Part shown: one piece after another, positions 16,100 to 29,915 of the stretch | How the letters are laid out: every line of letters starts with the position of its first letter | How positions within the stretch are numbered: the stretch's first letter is position 1 | The notes under the pieces: generated by a model | What the model saw: the letters and a program-made list of their open reading frames with translations, nothing else | Told to the model about the DNA's origin: nothing | The model's database searches: none | Origin: Pristiophorus japonicus | Taxonomy: Eukaryota | Direction: 5' to 3' | DNA length: 64,000 bases | Assembly (NCBI RefSeq): GCF_044704955.1 | Contig: NC_091985.1 | Span: 93,248,001 to 93,312,000, forward strand | Position numbers and translations under genes: made by a program

Positions 16100-17330
16100 A
16101 GTACAATAAAGTTGAGATTTAAGGTAGAGGAGGAAGGGTTTTGGGAAGTTCCAGAGTAGGGCTGAAGCAGCTGAAGGTTCTGCCACCAATGATGGAAGAA
16201 CAAGGAGGTAAAGAGGAACACAACAGATAGCCAGAGAACTGAAGACAGGAAGGGATGGAAAGTTTGAGGAGGTTGATGAGGTAGGGTGGAGCAAGGCAGT
16301 CAAAAAACTTGTAGGCGATAAAGATTTTAAACTTAATGCTTTTGGGGTAAGGACAGGGTGGAGAGTAAACAGGGCTTAGTGTGGGATAGGATAAGACCAG
16401 CTGAGTTTTGGACGTCAGGGTTTACGGAGGATTGTGAATGAGAGGCCAGCAAGTATAACATTGCACAAGTCAAGACTCTAGAGATGAGAAAAATGTGAAT
16501 ATGGGTTTTTCTCAGTGTGGAGGTGGGGTAGGGATTGAAGCAGAGGTGCTCTGGTTGACAGACAGGATGTGGGGTTTGAATATCTGCTCTGCGCTGAACA
16601 GGCATTAATGTTTCACACAATCTGAGCAAATGGTCAACAAATGGGTAAAGTTAATGATGAGAAGGGAGTTTATGGTGGAGATCGAAAATTATGGCTCTGG
16701 TCTTAGAGATGTTCAGTTGGAGGAAATGTTGACAACAGCAGAGAGGTAGTTTATGAGGTTCAGGGAAGTAGTGGAGTGAAAGAATTGGGTATCCACATAC
16801 ATATGGAAACAAACGAAGGATAGATCTATTGGGACTATGGAAGTGATTATGCAAGGACATGGAGAAGCTGCTGCTGGGGATGCATGGACTTCTTTGCGAC
16901 AGACAAGATGAACCATGCAAGGGCAATCCCAAGGAGCTAGACAAAAGAGAATAGAGCAGGACGGAATGGTTGTCTATATCAAAAGCAGTGCAGAGGTTGA
17001 AGTGGACAAGAAGGGATAATATACTGTGTGCACAATCACAAAGGATGTCATTTCTGATTTGTCCAGGGCCGTCTTGATGAGCAAGGCAGAAACTGGACTA
17101 GAGATTTGAAGAGTGTGTGTTTTGGGAGAGATCGGCTTGGAGTTAAGATGATAACGTGTTTGAGGTGCTGAGAGGAAAGGGAGGTCAGAATCTGGTGGTA
17201 GCTGGAAACGGTGGGCAGGTTGAGATTGAACTTTTTGTGGAGAAGGGTGGTTTTGAAAGGAGAAGGATGGGGTTTAAGCAAAGGGAGCAATTAATAATGC
17301 CAACATACAGGGGGCAAGGAAAGATAATTG
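16100..17330 (-). mobile_element. Old L2 LINE fragment
   Basis: FHMYVDTQF (decayed YADD) and HFLQLNISKT motifs on minus. Confidence 0.7.
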
Positions 17331-17580
17331 AGTAGTTTAAAACTTGAAAGGAGCCCTGAACACAAACCTCAAGTATTTAAAATAATTGAGAATTCCCAAA
17401 ATACAAGTTTTAATATATTGCACAAGTTAGTGCAATTAAGTCATTGTTAGTCAATATTTGGGTACTATTACAATCAAAATCAACTTTAGTAAATCCACTC
17501 ATCTCACTTAAAAAAAAATTAAGAGGCACATGATCATTAACTGCAAATCAAATTAGGTTCACATAACATTTCTTTATTTA

Positions 17581-17811
<231 letters not shown>

Positions 17812-18399
17812 TCAAAATAAAGCAATGTGCGCCATCAAATCACAAGATAAACATTCTTTATCAAAACCTTAAGGCCCATCTAATTTCATCCTTTCAAATT
17901 ACCAACCATACCATTTTTTATTAAAGCATTTAGTTAATTCTTAAAAGGATGCCAAGTTACTGGCCTTGTCAACCAATTCCATCTCTTGTTTAATACAGTT
18001 TATCCTAAGCCTGCCCTTCACAATCCTGATCCAGTGCTCTTTTGTCATGCTGCCCTTGCATATCAAAGTATTGTTCAGAGTTTACTTTTTGTATACCATT
18101 ACAAATCATATACTACTTAAAGTTCACACTTCGTAATGTCTTGGAAGAGCCCCAGCTGAGCCATTTCAGTTCATCCCTCTATCACAAGCAATCAGCCTCG
18201 TTGGGGCTTGATGGGCCCCTATATTATGGGGGCCATGAATGTCTGAAGCACTCCAGGTATGGCTTGGCCAGAACACTGCACTTAATCACGGCTGCTGGGT
18301 ATTTAAACCAAACTGATTCGACAAAATAACCCAGCATCTTATCTTGTTCACTTTGCATATTGCTACCTCACAATGTTTGGATTTGATGAACAAGTCCAT

Positions 18400-18960
18400 A
18401 GATGCATTTAAGGGGAAACTCGATAAGTACATAAGGGTTAAAGGAATAGTTGTTAGGGTAGATAAAGTAGGGTGGGATGAGGTTCATGAGAAGTTGGGCT
18501 GAAAGAATTTCCAGCTGAAAGGTTGAGTAGGTTGGGCCTCTACTCATTGGAATTCAGAAGAATGAGAGGTGATCTTATCGAAACGTATAAGATTATGAGG
18601 GGGCTTGACAAGGTGGATGGAGAGAGGATGTTTCCACTGATAGGGGAGACTAGAACTAGGGGGCATAATCTTAGACTAAGGGACCGCCCATTAAAACTGA
18701 GATGAGGAGGAATTTCTTCCCTCAGAGGGTTGTAAATCTGTGGCATTCACTGCCTCAGGAGATCTGTGGAAGCTGGGACATTGAATACATTTAAGATAGA
18801 GATAGACAGTTTCTTAACCGATAAGGGAATAAGGGAATTATGGGGAGCAGGCAGGGAAGTGGACATGAGTCCATGATCAGATCAGCTATGATCGTATTAA
18901 ATACAGAGCAGGCTCGAGGGGCTATATGGCCTATTCCTGCTCCTATTTCTTATGTTCTTA
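18400..18960 (+). mobile_element. CR1 3' fragment (18510-18960) next to an older CR1 3' remnant
   Basis: LGLYSLEFRRMRGDLIETYK; tail TTCTTATGTTCTTA. Confidence 0.9.
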
Positions 18961-19945
18961 TTACATTATAAACTGTTTTTCCAATGAGGAAGCAGTTAAA
19001 ATTTCACAAGATTTATCAAGAAATTGTGACTCAATTTCAGGTAGAAACTTTGAATTGGTCTTAATAGTGTGAACAGGTCCCAGTTAAAGTGCTTCTGAAT
19101 CATGACATGCAACACTGGCTGTTATAGTTAACAAGCAGCACAAGTCCAACCTCTTGGTCAATGTAAGTAGAACTTATGAGGATCCGATATTACCAGGCAA
19201 CAGGTACACACTGGTTGTTCCAGCTTGGTCCGTACCAAAACACCCTCGCCATTATATAGGGACATAATGACAGCAAGCATTTGGTGCATCATGGCACTTC
19301 ATGATTGGAGGTATTTCCAATAAACCACTGCAGAAGCATTAAAACTCAAAAGGCACTTATGTCATATGGAAAGTACAAAATACAATACAAGACCACAAAA
19401 ACCAGGAGCAGTTAGTACTTTCACATCACGTTAAACCATCTTTCCCCAAACTTTTGAGCCTATTTGACCTCATCCATCAAAAAATAGCAACCCTGCAATC
19501 TTCCAAGTGTATGCAACAGATATTCAAATCCCAGACCAAGTGGCCATACAGAGAGTTGAATTTCTCAGGCACATTTTATGAAGCTAGAAACACTCCCCAC
19601 CTCATTTGATACACAAATCACAGAAATCAATCCGCAACAAAACGGATGACAAAAATCAGAGCAATTAAATACTACAAGTATGTAGCCAGAGCCAAGCGCT
19701 ACAGCCTCAAGTTCATTATCCTAACAGAAGCACTTCCACATGGCATGAGATTTAAGAGTAGACACTTTTCACTATTGCAATAAAAATGTTTATGTCTTAT
19801 TTTCTGAACATACATCACATTTTTACTCCCACAATATTTTGGGACAGACTTTATACATCATTTATGTATGGAGCGTACACGGCGTTCAAAAGAAACACAG
19901 TTGTTAAAACATTTAGTAACTGAAAGGAAAATCAACAATCCTAAC

Positions 19946-21577
19946 ACAAAAGCAAAATACTGCGGATGCTGGAATCTGAAATAAAAATAGAAAATGCTGG
20001 AAATCTCAGCAGGTCAGGCAGCATCTGTGGAGAGAAACAGAGTTAACGTTTCAGATCTGTGCCCTTCGTCATAACCGGAAAAGTTTGAGACGCAACAGAT
20101 TCTTAAGGAAGTGCAGGGGGAGGGAGGAAAGAACAAAAAGGAAAGATCTGTGATAGGGTGGAAGGCAGAAGAGATTTAAGAGACAAAAGGGATAATGGGT
20201 AAAAATGAGATGGTAATGGCACAAGTTAAGAAACAAAAGATGAATCTAGATGGGGTGTGAATGGCGGAATCATCACCAGCTGCCATGGGAGAGAGAGCAA
20301 AAAAAAGAGGGGGGGGGGTGTTATTTGTAAAAAAAAACGCAAGGGAAAAAAAAAATCTGGGCAGAGGTCATGGTCTGAAATTGTTGAACTCTATGTTAAG
20401 TCTAGAGGCTGTAACATGCCTAACCGAAAGATGAGGTGTTGTTCCTCGAGCTTGCATTGAGCGGCATTGAAAGTGTAAGAGGTTGAGGACGGAGCGGTCA
20501 GAGTGGGAGTGGAGCGGAGAATTAAAGTGACGGTGGCCAGAAGCTCGGGGTCGCGCTTATGGACTGAACGAAGGTTTCTGCAAAGCGGTCACCCAATCTG
20601 CATTTGGTCGCCCTAATGTAGAGGAGACCACATCGTGAGCAGCGAATACAGTATACCAGATTGAAAGTAGTACAAGTAAATCGCTATTTCATCGGGAAGG
20701 AGTGTTTGGGGCCCCGGACAGTAGGAAGGGAGGAGGTAAAAGAGCAGGTGTTGCATCTGCTGCACTTGCACGGGAAGGTGCCGTGGGAAGGGGAGGGGTT
20801 GTTGGGGGTGACTGTGGAGTGGACCAGTGTGTCGCAGAGGGGAGGGAAGACGCGATTGGTGGTGGGATCACCGCCCTTTTTCCCTCTTTCCCATGGAAGC
20901 TGGTGATGATTCTGCCATTCGCACTCCATCTAGATTCATCTTTTGTTTCTTAACTTGTGCCATTACCATCTCATTTTTATCCATCATCCCTTTTGTGTCT
21001 TAAATCTCTTCTGCCTTCCATCCTATCACAGACCTTTCCTCCCCTCTCCCTTTCACTGCCCCTGCACTTCCTTAAGAATCTGCTGCATTTCGAGGATGAT
21101 CTGTTGAACCTGGAGGCTGGTGGGGTGAAAGGTGAGGAGAAGGAGAACCCTGTCTCGGTTCTGGGAGAAAGGGAAGGGGTGAAAGCAGAAGTGCAGGAAA
21201 TAGAACGGACAAGGTCGAGGGACTTGTTAACCACGGCAGAGGGGAATCCTCAGTTGAGGAAAAAGGAAGCTATATCAGAGGCACCAGTGTGGAATGTGGC
21301 ATAGTCAGAAAAATGCGATGGAGACAGAAATGTTTCTTAAGTTGTGCCATTACCATCTCATTTTTGCCCATCATCCATTTTGTCTCTTAAATCTCTCCTG
21401 CCTTTCATCCTATCAGATCTTACTTTTTACTCTTTCCTCCCCTCCCCTGCACTTCTTTAAGGATCTGTTACATCTCGAACTTTTCTAGCTCTGATGAAGT
21501 CAGACCCGAAACGTTAAACTCGGTTTCTCTCCACAGATGCTGCCTTACCTGCTGAGATTTCCAGCATTTCTGTTTTG
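19946..21577 (-). mobile_element. Penelope-like retroelement remnant with GIY-YIG endonuclease and inverted pseudo-LTRs
   Basis: Minus strand reads TFPCKCSRCNTC...FTCTTFNLVYCIRCSRCGLLYI..TK.RLGDRFAE (about 20830-20570); terminal repeat 19946-20290 recurs inverted at 20870-21090 and 21330-21577; 9-bp TSD AATCCTAAC (19937-45 and 21578-86). Confidence 0.88.
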
Positions 21578-21651
21578 AATCCTAACTAATGCTGTTCTAG
21601 CTTGATTTGGAAGAGTTAGTTTATTCACATGCTACAATGACAAATACTTAC

Positions 21652-21768
21652 ATCATCGCTCTGCTGAGCTTCCTGCATTACAAACTCGCGTACCATTGAT
21701 GGACTATATTCTACCAGATAAGAAAATATGTCTGTAGCGGCGGCTCGCACCTGCACATCATCCATACC
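21652..21768 (-). CDS. PPP4R3B: PPP4R3B exon 7 (117 nt) [39 protein letters not shown]
   Basis: Acceptor TTTACAG|GGT, donor GAT|GTAAGT. Confidence 0.96.
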
Positions 21769-22754
21769 CTGTAAAATAGCAAGATAAACGCGCATTTTAA
21801 TTAAAATTAAAATTACAATCACATACCAAGTGGTTATAAATGTGTGTTTTTTCCCCCAAAAGTTCTTCAGTAGTTTACACAGAAGAATGGCAGCTTAATT
21901 CTATCAGTAACATGGGCTAGAAAATGCAACTGACTTACCAATGAAGCATTTCAGAGTGCACATCATGCCCCCCATAAAAAATGCAGTGAATCACGAGACT
22001 ATGCCATTTCCATATACAATTCCAGAGTTGTAGGACACAGTCGCTCCAGCATTTCCCACAAATTAAAACTGCAATCTCTGCCGTGCCGTCAGTGGGAGGC
22101 CAGACTCTTCCTCACAGATACAACAAACATTACAACAGCAGCATAGGGTGAACCAGCTCAAACAGGATTTGCAGAGCTCCAGGGGTAGGTTTGCTTTTAA
22201 ACCAGATAACAGGATGAGTGACGGAAGGACATAAAAACTCAATAAAAAAAACAATGTGAAGATCTTGAGGCAACATAAATATTCTAATTTACTCAATACA
22301 TAAAAAAAACGTAGATGTAAAAAGAAAACTTTTCCATATTGATAGACATTAACAATGACCATCAATTCTGATTTTATTTGTAAAAACAGTCCATCAGGAA
22401 TTCTTACTAATCTGATGCCTCAGAATATATTAAGTGCATTTCGACATACATCATGTGTTAATCGGAAAGTCATTGCGGAAAACGTATTGAATTTTGCAAC
22501 ATACTATATAAATGCATTGACAGAAATAGTGCAGTACAACAGTGATGTTACACCAGCCTGGAAACGACTGTGTGATAGTAACACAATGTACGTAGATTAC
22601 ATTCTTTGGCCCACTGTCTTAACACAGGGATTAACCAATCAGTTTTTAAAAAATGTGATTAAAACAAGAACTTCAAAGCTTTGTGCCTTCCTTGGTTGTT
22701 TAGATGCATAAAGATGCATACCACAGAACCTTTGGTATAAAATTTAAATCAATG

Positions 22755-25700
22755 CCGCAACCGAGACTCCAGGATGGTATGTTGCCCCCCTGGTGCAAGG
22801 GTCAAGGATGTCTCGGAGCGGGTGCAGGACATTCTGAAAAGGGAGGGTGAACAGCCAGTTGTCGTGGTGCACATTGGTACCAACGATATAGGAAAAAAAA
22901 AGGGAAGAGGTCCTACGAGACGAATTTAAGGAGCTAGGAGCTAAATTAAAACGTAGGACCTCAAAAGTACTAATCTCGGGATTGCTACCAGTGCCACGTG
23001 CTAGTCAGAGTAGGAATTGCAGGATAGCTCAGATGAATACGTGGCTTGAGCAGTGGTGCAGCAGGGAGGGATTCAAATTTCTGGGGCATTGGAACCGGTT
23101 CTGGGGGAGGTGGGACCAGTACAAACCGGACGGTCTGCACCTAGGCAGGACCGGAACCAATGTCCTAGGGGGAGTGTTTGCTAGTGCTGTTGGGGAGGAG
23201 TTAAACTAATATGGCAGGGGGATGGGAACCAATGCAGGGAGACAGAGGAAACAAAAAGGAGACAAAAGCAAAAGACAGAAAGAAGATGAGTAAAAGTGGA
23301 GGGCAGAGAAACCCAAGGCAAAAAACAAAAAGGGCCACTGGAGAACAAAATTCTAACGGGTCAAAGTGTAATAAAAAGGCAAGCATGAAAGCTCGGTGCC
23401 TCAATGCAAGGAGTATTCGGAACACAGGAGAGGGCTCTGAGCTAGTTAGAATGGGTGAGAGCTCAGATGAACAGGATCCCAAGAAAGAATGCAAAAGGCA
23501 GGAGGCAACAGAGCAGAGTAGCACTGGGGTAAGTGTAAACCACAAGCTGACAGGAAGGGACAATATGTATGAATATAAAGGGGCTGCAGGAGGGGTCAAA
23601 ACTAAAAATCATGGTTTAAAAACTAGTATTAAAACACACTACCTAAACGCACGCAGCATTCGGAATAAAGTAAATGAGTTGACGGCACAAATCATTACAA
23701 ATGGGTATGATTTGGAGGCCATTACAGAAACGTGGTTGCAGGGTGGTCAAGACTGGGAATTAAACATACAGGGGTATCTGACAATTCGGAAAGATAGACA
23801 AGGGGGGAAAGGAGGTGGGGTAGCTTTGTTAATAAAGGAAGATTATCAGGGCAGTTGTGAGAGACGATATTGGCTCGAATGAACAAAATGTTGAATCATC
23901 GTGTGTGGAGATTATAGATAGTAAGGGGAAAAAGTCACTGGTGGGCGTAGTTTATAGGCCCCCAAATAATAACTTCACGGTGGGGTGGGCAATATTCAAG
24001 GGAATAATGGAGGCATGTGAAAAAGGAACGGCAGTAATCATGGGGGATTTTAACCTACATATCGATTGGTCAAATCAAATCGCACGGGGTAGCCTGGAGG
24101 AGGAATTCATAGAATGCATACGGGATTGTTTCTTAGAACAGTATGTTACAGACCCTACAAGGGAGCAAGCGATCTTAGATCTGGTCCTGTGTAATGAGAC
24201 AGGAATAATAAACGATCTCCTAGTAAAAGATCCTCTCGGAATGAGTGATCACAGTATGGTTGAATTTGTAATACAGATTGAGGGGGAGGAAGTAGTGTCT
24301 CAAATGAGCGTACGATGCTTAAACAAAGGGGACTACAGTGGGATGAGGACAGACTTGGCTAAAGTAGACTGGAAACACAGACTAAACGGTGGCACAATTG
24401 AGGAACAGTGGAGGACTTTTAAGGAGTTCTTTCATAGTGCTCAATAAAAATATATTCCAATGAAAAAGAAGGGTGGTAAGAGAAGGGATAACCAGCCGTG
24501 GATAACCAAGGAAATAAAGGAGTATCATCAAATTAAAAACCAATGCGTATAAGGTCGCCAAGGTTAGTGGGAAACTAGAAGATTGGGAAAATTTTAAACG
24601 ACAGCAAAGAATGACTAAGAAAGCAATAAAGAAAGGAAAGATAGATTACGAAAGTAAACTTGCGCAAAACATAGAGATAGTAAAAGCTTTTACTGATATA
24701 TAAAACGGAAAAGAGTGACTAAAGTAAATGTTGGTCCCTTAGAAGATGAGAAGGGGGATTTAATAATGGGAAATGTAGAAATGGCTGAGACCGTAAACAA
24801 TTATCTTGCTTCGGTCTTTACAGTAGAAGACACAAAAACCATGCCAAAAATTGCTGGTCACAGGAATGTGGGAAGGGAGGACCTTGAGACAATCACCATC
24901 ACTAGGGGAGTAGTGCTGGACAGGCTAATGGGACTCAAGGTAGACAAGTCCCCTGGTCCTGATGAAATGCATCCCAGGGTATTAAAAGAGATGGCGTAAG
25001 TTATAGCAGATGCATTCGTTATAATCTACCAAAATTCTCTGGACTCTGGGGAGGTACCAGCGGATTGGAAAGCAGCTAATGTAATGCCTGTTTAAAAAAG
25101 GGGGCAGACAAAAGGCAGGTAACTATAGGCCGGTTAGTTTAACATCTGTAGTGGGGAAAATGCTTGAAGCTATCATTAAGGAAGAAATAGCGGTACATCT
25201 AGATAGGAATAGTGCAATGAAGCAGGCGCAACATGGATTCATGAAGGGGAAATCATGTTTAACTAATTTACTAGAATTCTTTGAGGATATAACGAGCATG
25301 GTGGATAGAGGTGTACCGATGAATGTGGGGTATTTAGATTTCCAAAAGGAATTCGATAAGGTGCCACACAAAAGATTACTGTAGAAGATAAAGGTACGCG
25401 GAGTCAGAGGAAATGTATTAGCATGGATAGAGAACTGGCTAGCTAACAGAAAGCAGAGAGTCGGAATAAATGGGTCCTTTTCGGGTTGGAAATCGGTGGT
25501 TAGTGGTGTGCCACAGGGATCGGTGCTGGGACCACAACTGTTTACAATATGCATAGATGACCTGAAAGAGGGGACAGAGTGTAGTGTAACAAAATTTGCA
25601 GATGACACAAAGATTAGTGGGAAAGCGGGTTGTGTAGAGGACACAGAGAGGCTGCAAAGAGATTTAGATAGGTTAAGCGAATGGACTAAGGTTTGGCAGA

Positions 25701-26519
25701 TGGAATACAATGTTGGAAAGTGTGAGGTCATCCACCTTGGGGAAAAAAAACATTAAAAGGGATTATTTGAATAAGGAGAAATTACAACATGCTGCGGTGC
25801 AGAGGGACCTGGGGGTCCTTGTGCATGAATCCCAAAAAGTTAGTTTGCAGGTGCAGCAGGTAATCAGGAAGGTGAATGGAATGTTGGCCTTCATTGCGAG
25901 AGGGATGGAGTACAAAAGCAGGGAGGTCCTGCTGCAACTGTACAGGGTATTGGTGAGGCCGCACCTGGAGTACTGCGTGCAGTTTTGGTCACCTTACTGA
26001 AGGAAGGATATACTAGCTTTGGAGGGGTTACAGAGACGATTCACTAGGCTGATTCCGGAGATGAGGGGATTACCTTATGATAGATTGAGTAGACTGGGTC
26101 TTTACTCGGAGTTCAGAAGGATGAGGGGTGATCTTATAGAAACATTTTAAAATAATGAAAGGGACAGACAAGATAGAGCCAGAGAGGTTGTTTCCACTGG
26201 TCGGGGAGACTAGAACTAGGGGGCACAGCCTCAAAATACGGGGGGAGCCAATTTAAAATCGAGTTGAGAAGGAATTTCTTCTCCCAGAGGGTTGTGAATC
26301 TGTGGAATTCTCTGCCCAAGGAAGTAGTTGAGGCTAGCTCATTGAATGTATTCAAATCACAGATAGATAGATTTTTAACCAATAAGGGAATTAAGGGTTA
26401 CGGATAGTGGGCGGGTAAGTGGAGCTGAGTCCACGGCCAGATCAGCCATGATCTTGTTGAATGGCGGAGCAGGCTCGAGGGGCTAGATGGCCTACTCCTG
26501 TTCCTAATTCTTATGTTCC
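22755..26519 (+). mobile_element. Near-full-length CR1 family B: ORF1 SGNH esterase C-terminus, ORF2 APE and RT, 3' tail; inactivated
   Basis: ORF1 VVHIGTND and DGLHL; APE LNARSIRNK, ITETWL, GDFN, LDLVL, SDH; RT FADD; several frameshifts and stops. Confidence 0.96.
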
Positions 26520-27149
26520 ATTAATTTATAAATAACAAATTGCTGTTACACATAGGTATTAGTGTTGTTATTGAATATTTATCCGCCAACGAGGTAACAC
26601 CAGTATGAACGCTTTTCAAACTTCCAAGCCCACAAAATTCAAAACAGGACAAACTGGTAAGAAATGTGCAGAGGAAAATAATTTTCACTGTAAGGAGCAT
26701 TCCTTGATCACATTGCCAGGGCTCACTGGATATGTGATCCATAGGCCGTTGTTGGAACATGATATAACGCCTCTGCTAAAATAGCAAAGGAATGTCATAC
26801 AAAAGGATTAAGTGCCCATCCGCCACTACTACCAACAATTTCTAAACATTGAACAAATTTGAACTACAAAGCTGGAATGACTGAAATTTCTAATGAATGT
26901 AGTATTATGTTGAAAATAATTAATGATTTTTAATGGTGTCAAAAGTTTTGTTGTCATAAAAAATGCATTAGTGTACCTGTATATCCAGATTATCAAAAAA
27001 TTCTGTACATTAAAAAAAATCTTATTTGACTTGGTTAAAATGTATTGAGCATAGAATGTACTTTAGAAATAAAGTTAAACCTTTTAAGGACAACATGGAA
27101 TTTAATGCAACAAAAAATGGTTAAGGGAAGTGGTGTGCACATTGTTCTT

Positions 27150-27325
27150 ACTCAGCCCAAACCAATGGGATAAAAGTGTCTTCTCGGTCAACTGTAAGGA
27201 TCTTGTGAAATGACTTTAGGTAGACTCAATCCAGTTCCTAATTGCCACAAATCAACACAAAAGTTCTCATAATTTGGCACAAATTGGTAATCTCACTTGG
27301 AGGCCCAACAATGGCTGGAATGAGA
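27150..27325 (+). mobile_element. LF-SINE-like core fragment
   Basis: GTGAAATGACTT...CTCAATCCAGTTCCTA...CACAAAAG...AATTTGGCACAAATTGG; alignable with 9593-9860. Confidence 0.55.
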
Positions 27326-27497
27326 AACAATTACTACAAAAGTGTAACCTTCTTGTTAAGACACATTATTGGGTTAAGGCAAATAAAATCGATCTGATTT
27401 ATACCAGTGTGATATAGCTTTCATAGTGCAGTTATACAGTTTATGCACATAAATTAAATGGGGGTTTTAAGAGCAGGAATCCCATACAAATGGTAGA

Positions 27498-28955
27498 AGA
27501 TATGCAACCATCTTCAGCCAGAAGTGCGGTGTGGATGATCTGTATCGGCCTCCTCCTGGTGTCCCCACCATTACAGAAACCAGTCTTCAGCCAATTCGAT
27601 TCACTCCACGTGATATCAAGAAATGGCTCAGCGCACTGGATACAGCAAAGGCTATGGGACTCGACAACATCCCAGCTGTAGCGCTGAAGACTTGTGCTCC
27701 AGAACTAGCCATGCCTCTAGCCAGGCTGTTCCAGTACTGGCATCTTTCCAACAAAGTGGAAAACTGGCCAGGTATGTCCTGTCCACAAAAAGCAGGACAA
27801 ATCCAAATCGTCCCATCAGTCTACTCTCAATCAGGTGTCGTTGACAGTGCTATCAAATGGCATATTCATCAATAAACTGCTCACCGATGCTCAGTTTGGG
27901 TTCTGCCAGGACCATTCCGCTCCAGACCTCATTGCAGCCTCGGTCCAAACATGGACACAAGAGCTGAATTCCAGGAGGCAAGGAGAGTGTGACTGTCCTG
28001 GACATCAAGGTAGCATTTGACAGAGTGTCGCATCAAAGAACCCTAGCAGAATTGAAATCAACAGGTCAGTGGGAAAACTCTCCACTGGCTGGAGTGATAG
28101 CTAGCACAAAAGAAGATGGTTGTAGTTGTTGGTCAATCATCTCAGACCTAGGACATCGCTGCAGGAGTTCCTCAGGGCCGTGTCCTAGGCCCAACTTCAG
28201 CTGCATCATCAATTACCTTCCCTCCATCACAAGGTCAGAAGTGGCAATGTTCACTAATGATTGCAGTGTTCAGTTCCATTCGCAACTCCTCAGATAATGA
28301 AGCAGTCCATGCCCAAATGCAGCAAAACCTGGATGACATTCAGGCTTGGGCTGATAAGTGGCAAGTAACATTCACGCCACACAAGTGCCAGGCAATGACT
28401 ATCTCCAACAAGCGAGAGTCTATCCATCACCACTCTTGACATTCAACAGCATCACCATCGCTGAATCACCATCGCTGAATCCCCCACCATCAAGATCCTG
28501 AGGGTCACCATTAGCCAGAAATTTAACTGGACCAGCCACATAAATACCACGGCTACAAGAGCAGGTCAGAGGCAGGGTATTCTATGCAGTGTGTCTCACG
28601 TCTCGACTCCCCAAAGCCTTTCCACCATCGAAAAGGCACAAGTCAGAAGTGTGATGGAATACTCTCTCACTTGTCTGGATGAGTGCAGCTCCAACAATAC
28701 TCAAGAAGCTCGACACTATCCAGGACAAAGCAGCTCCCTTGAATGGCACCCCATCCACCACCTTAAACATTCACTTCCTCCACCGCCGGCGCACTGTGGC
28801 TGCAGTGTGTACCATCTACAATATGCACTGCAGCAACTCGCCTCGGCTTCTTCAGCAACACTTCCCAAAATAACTTTGACCACCAAGCTGGACAAGGGTA
28901 GTAGGTGCATGGGAACACCATCACCTGCAAGTTCCCCTCCAAGTTACATACCCTC
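27498..28955 (+). mobile_element. CR1/Jockey-group LINE (second clade) RT region
   Basis: [61 protein letters not shown]. Confidence 0.85.
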
Positions 28956-29215
28956 TCTCACTACAAGTACAGGAGAAGGTAGTATTTTTTCCCCATACAG
29001 AGACAATAGGGGATCAGAGACATGAGGTGGTGGGAGGAAAGGGGAAAAAAAGTGAGGAATATATTAGAGTCATGAAGTGGGCAGGGAAAAGGTGTCAACA
29101 TTAGACTAATATTTTCTCAGAATTAAGCTGGTTCAATTTTGAGGAACGGGGGAAAAATAAAACTGTAGTGTTATCACAATCTGGTATGCAAAATGTTCAG
29201 ACATAAGGTAAATTA

Positions 29216-29410
<195 letters not shown>

Positions 29411-29447
29411 CTAATGTATAACTTTTCAAGTTGAATAGTTAACTTAC

Positions 29448-29525
29448 TAATTCACGTCTCTTGTCATCATCTGTTGCTTCATCTGTTAACTGTGCAAAGA
29501 GTTCAGTCAAAAATTTCTCATCCTC
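29448..29525 (-). CDS. PPP4R3B: PPP4R3B exon 5 (78 nt) [26 protein letters not shown]
   Basis: Acceptor TTCAG|GAG, donor TTA|GTAAGT. Confidence 0.96.
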
Positions 29526-29819
29526 CTGAATCAAAATAAATAGCAAGTTTCAGTATTTCAATTTTACAAGTTTATAATTTGCACGTATATGATAAACTGG
29601 AGTTTCACAAGTTAAAAAACGCAAGGATAAGTCAATTATTCTCGCTTTATTTACAGATCAAATTTCAAGGTCAGCCATGATCTTATTGAATGGTAAAAAA
29701 AGCCTTTATCTTCACATATTTGTTTCAATGAGAGATTAGGGACTATGGAAGGTGCAGGGATTTGGCCATCCATGTATGCGAATTACTATCCAGTTGGAGT
29801 AGAGTTCAGTGTTGGACGT

Positions 29820-29877
29820 TGCACCTCGGGCCTTGGGGGGGCGCAACACAGCCTGAGGGCGGAGCGCTGCACACGTC

Positions 29878-29915
<38 letters not shown>

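Noticed and set aside
22755-26519. Active or domesticated CR1 / retron-like RT gene
   Set aside because: Multiple stops and frameshifts; ORF1 is 5'-truncated.
28451-28480. 14-bp duplication ATCACCATCGCTGA
   Set aside because: Local slippage within a dead LINE.
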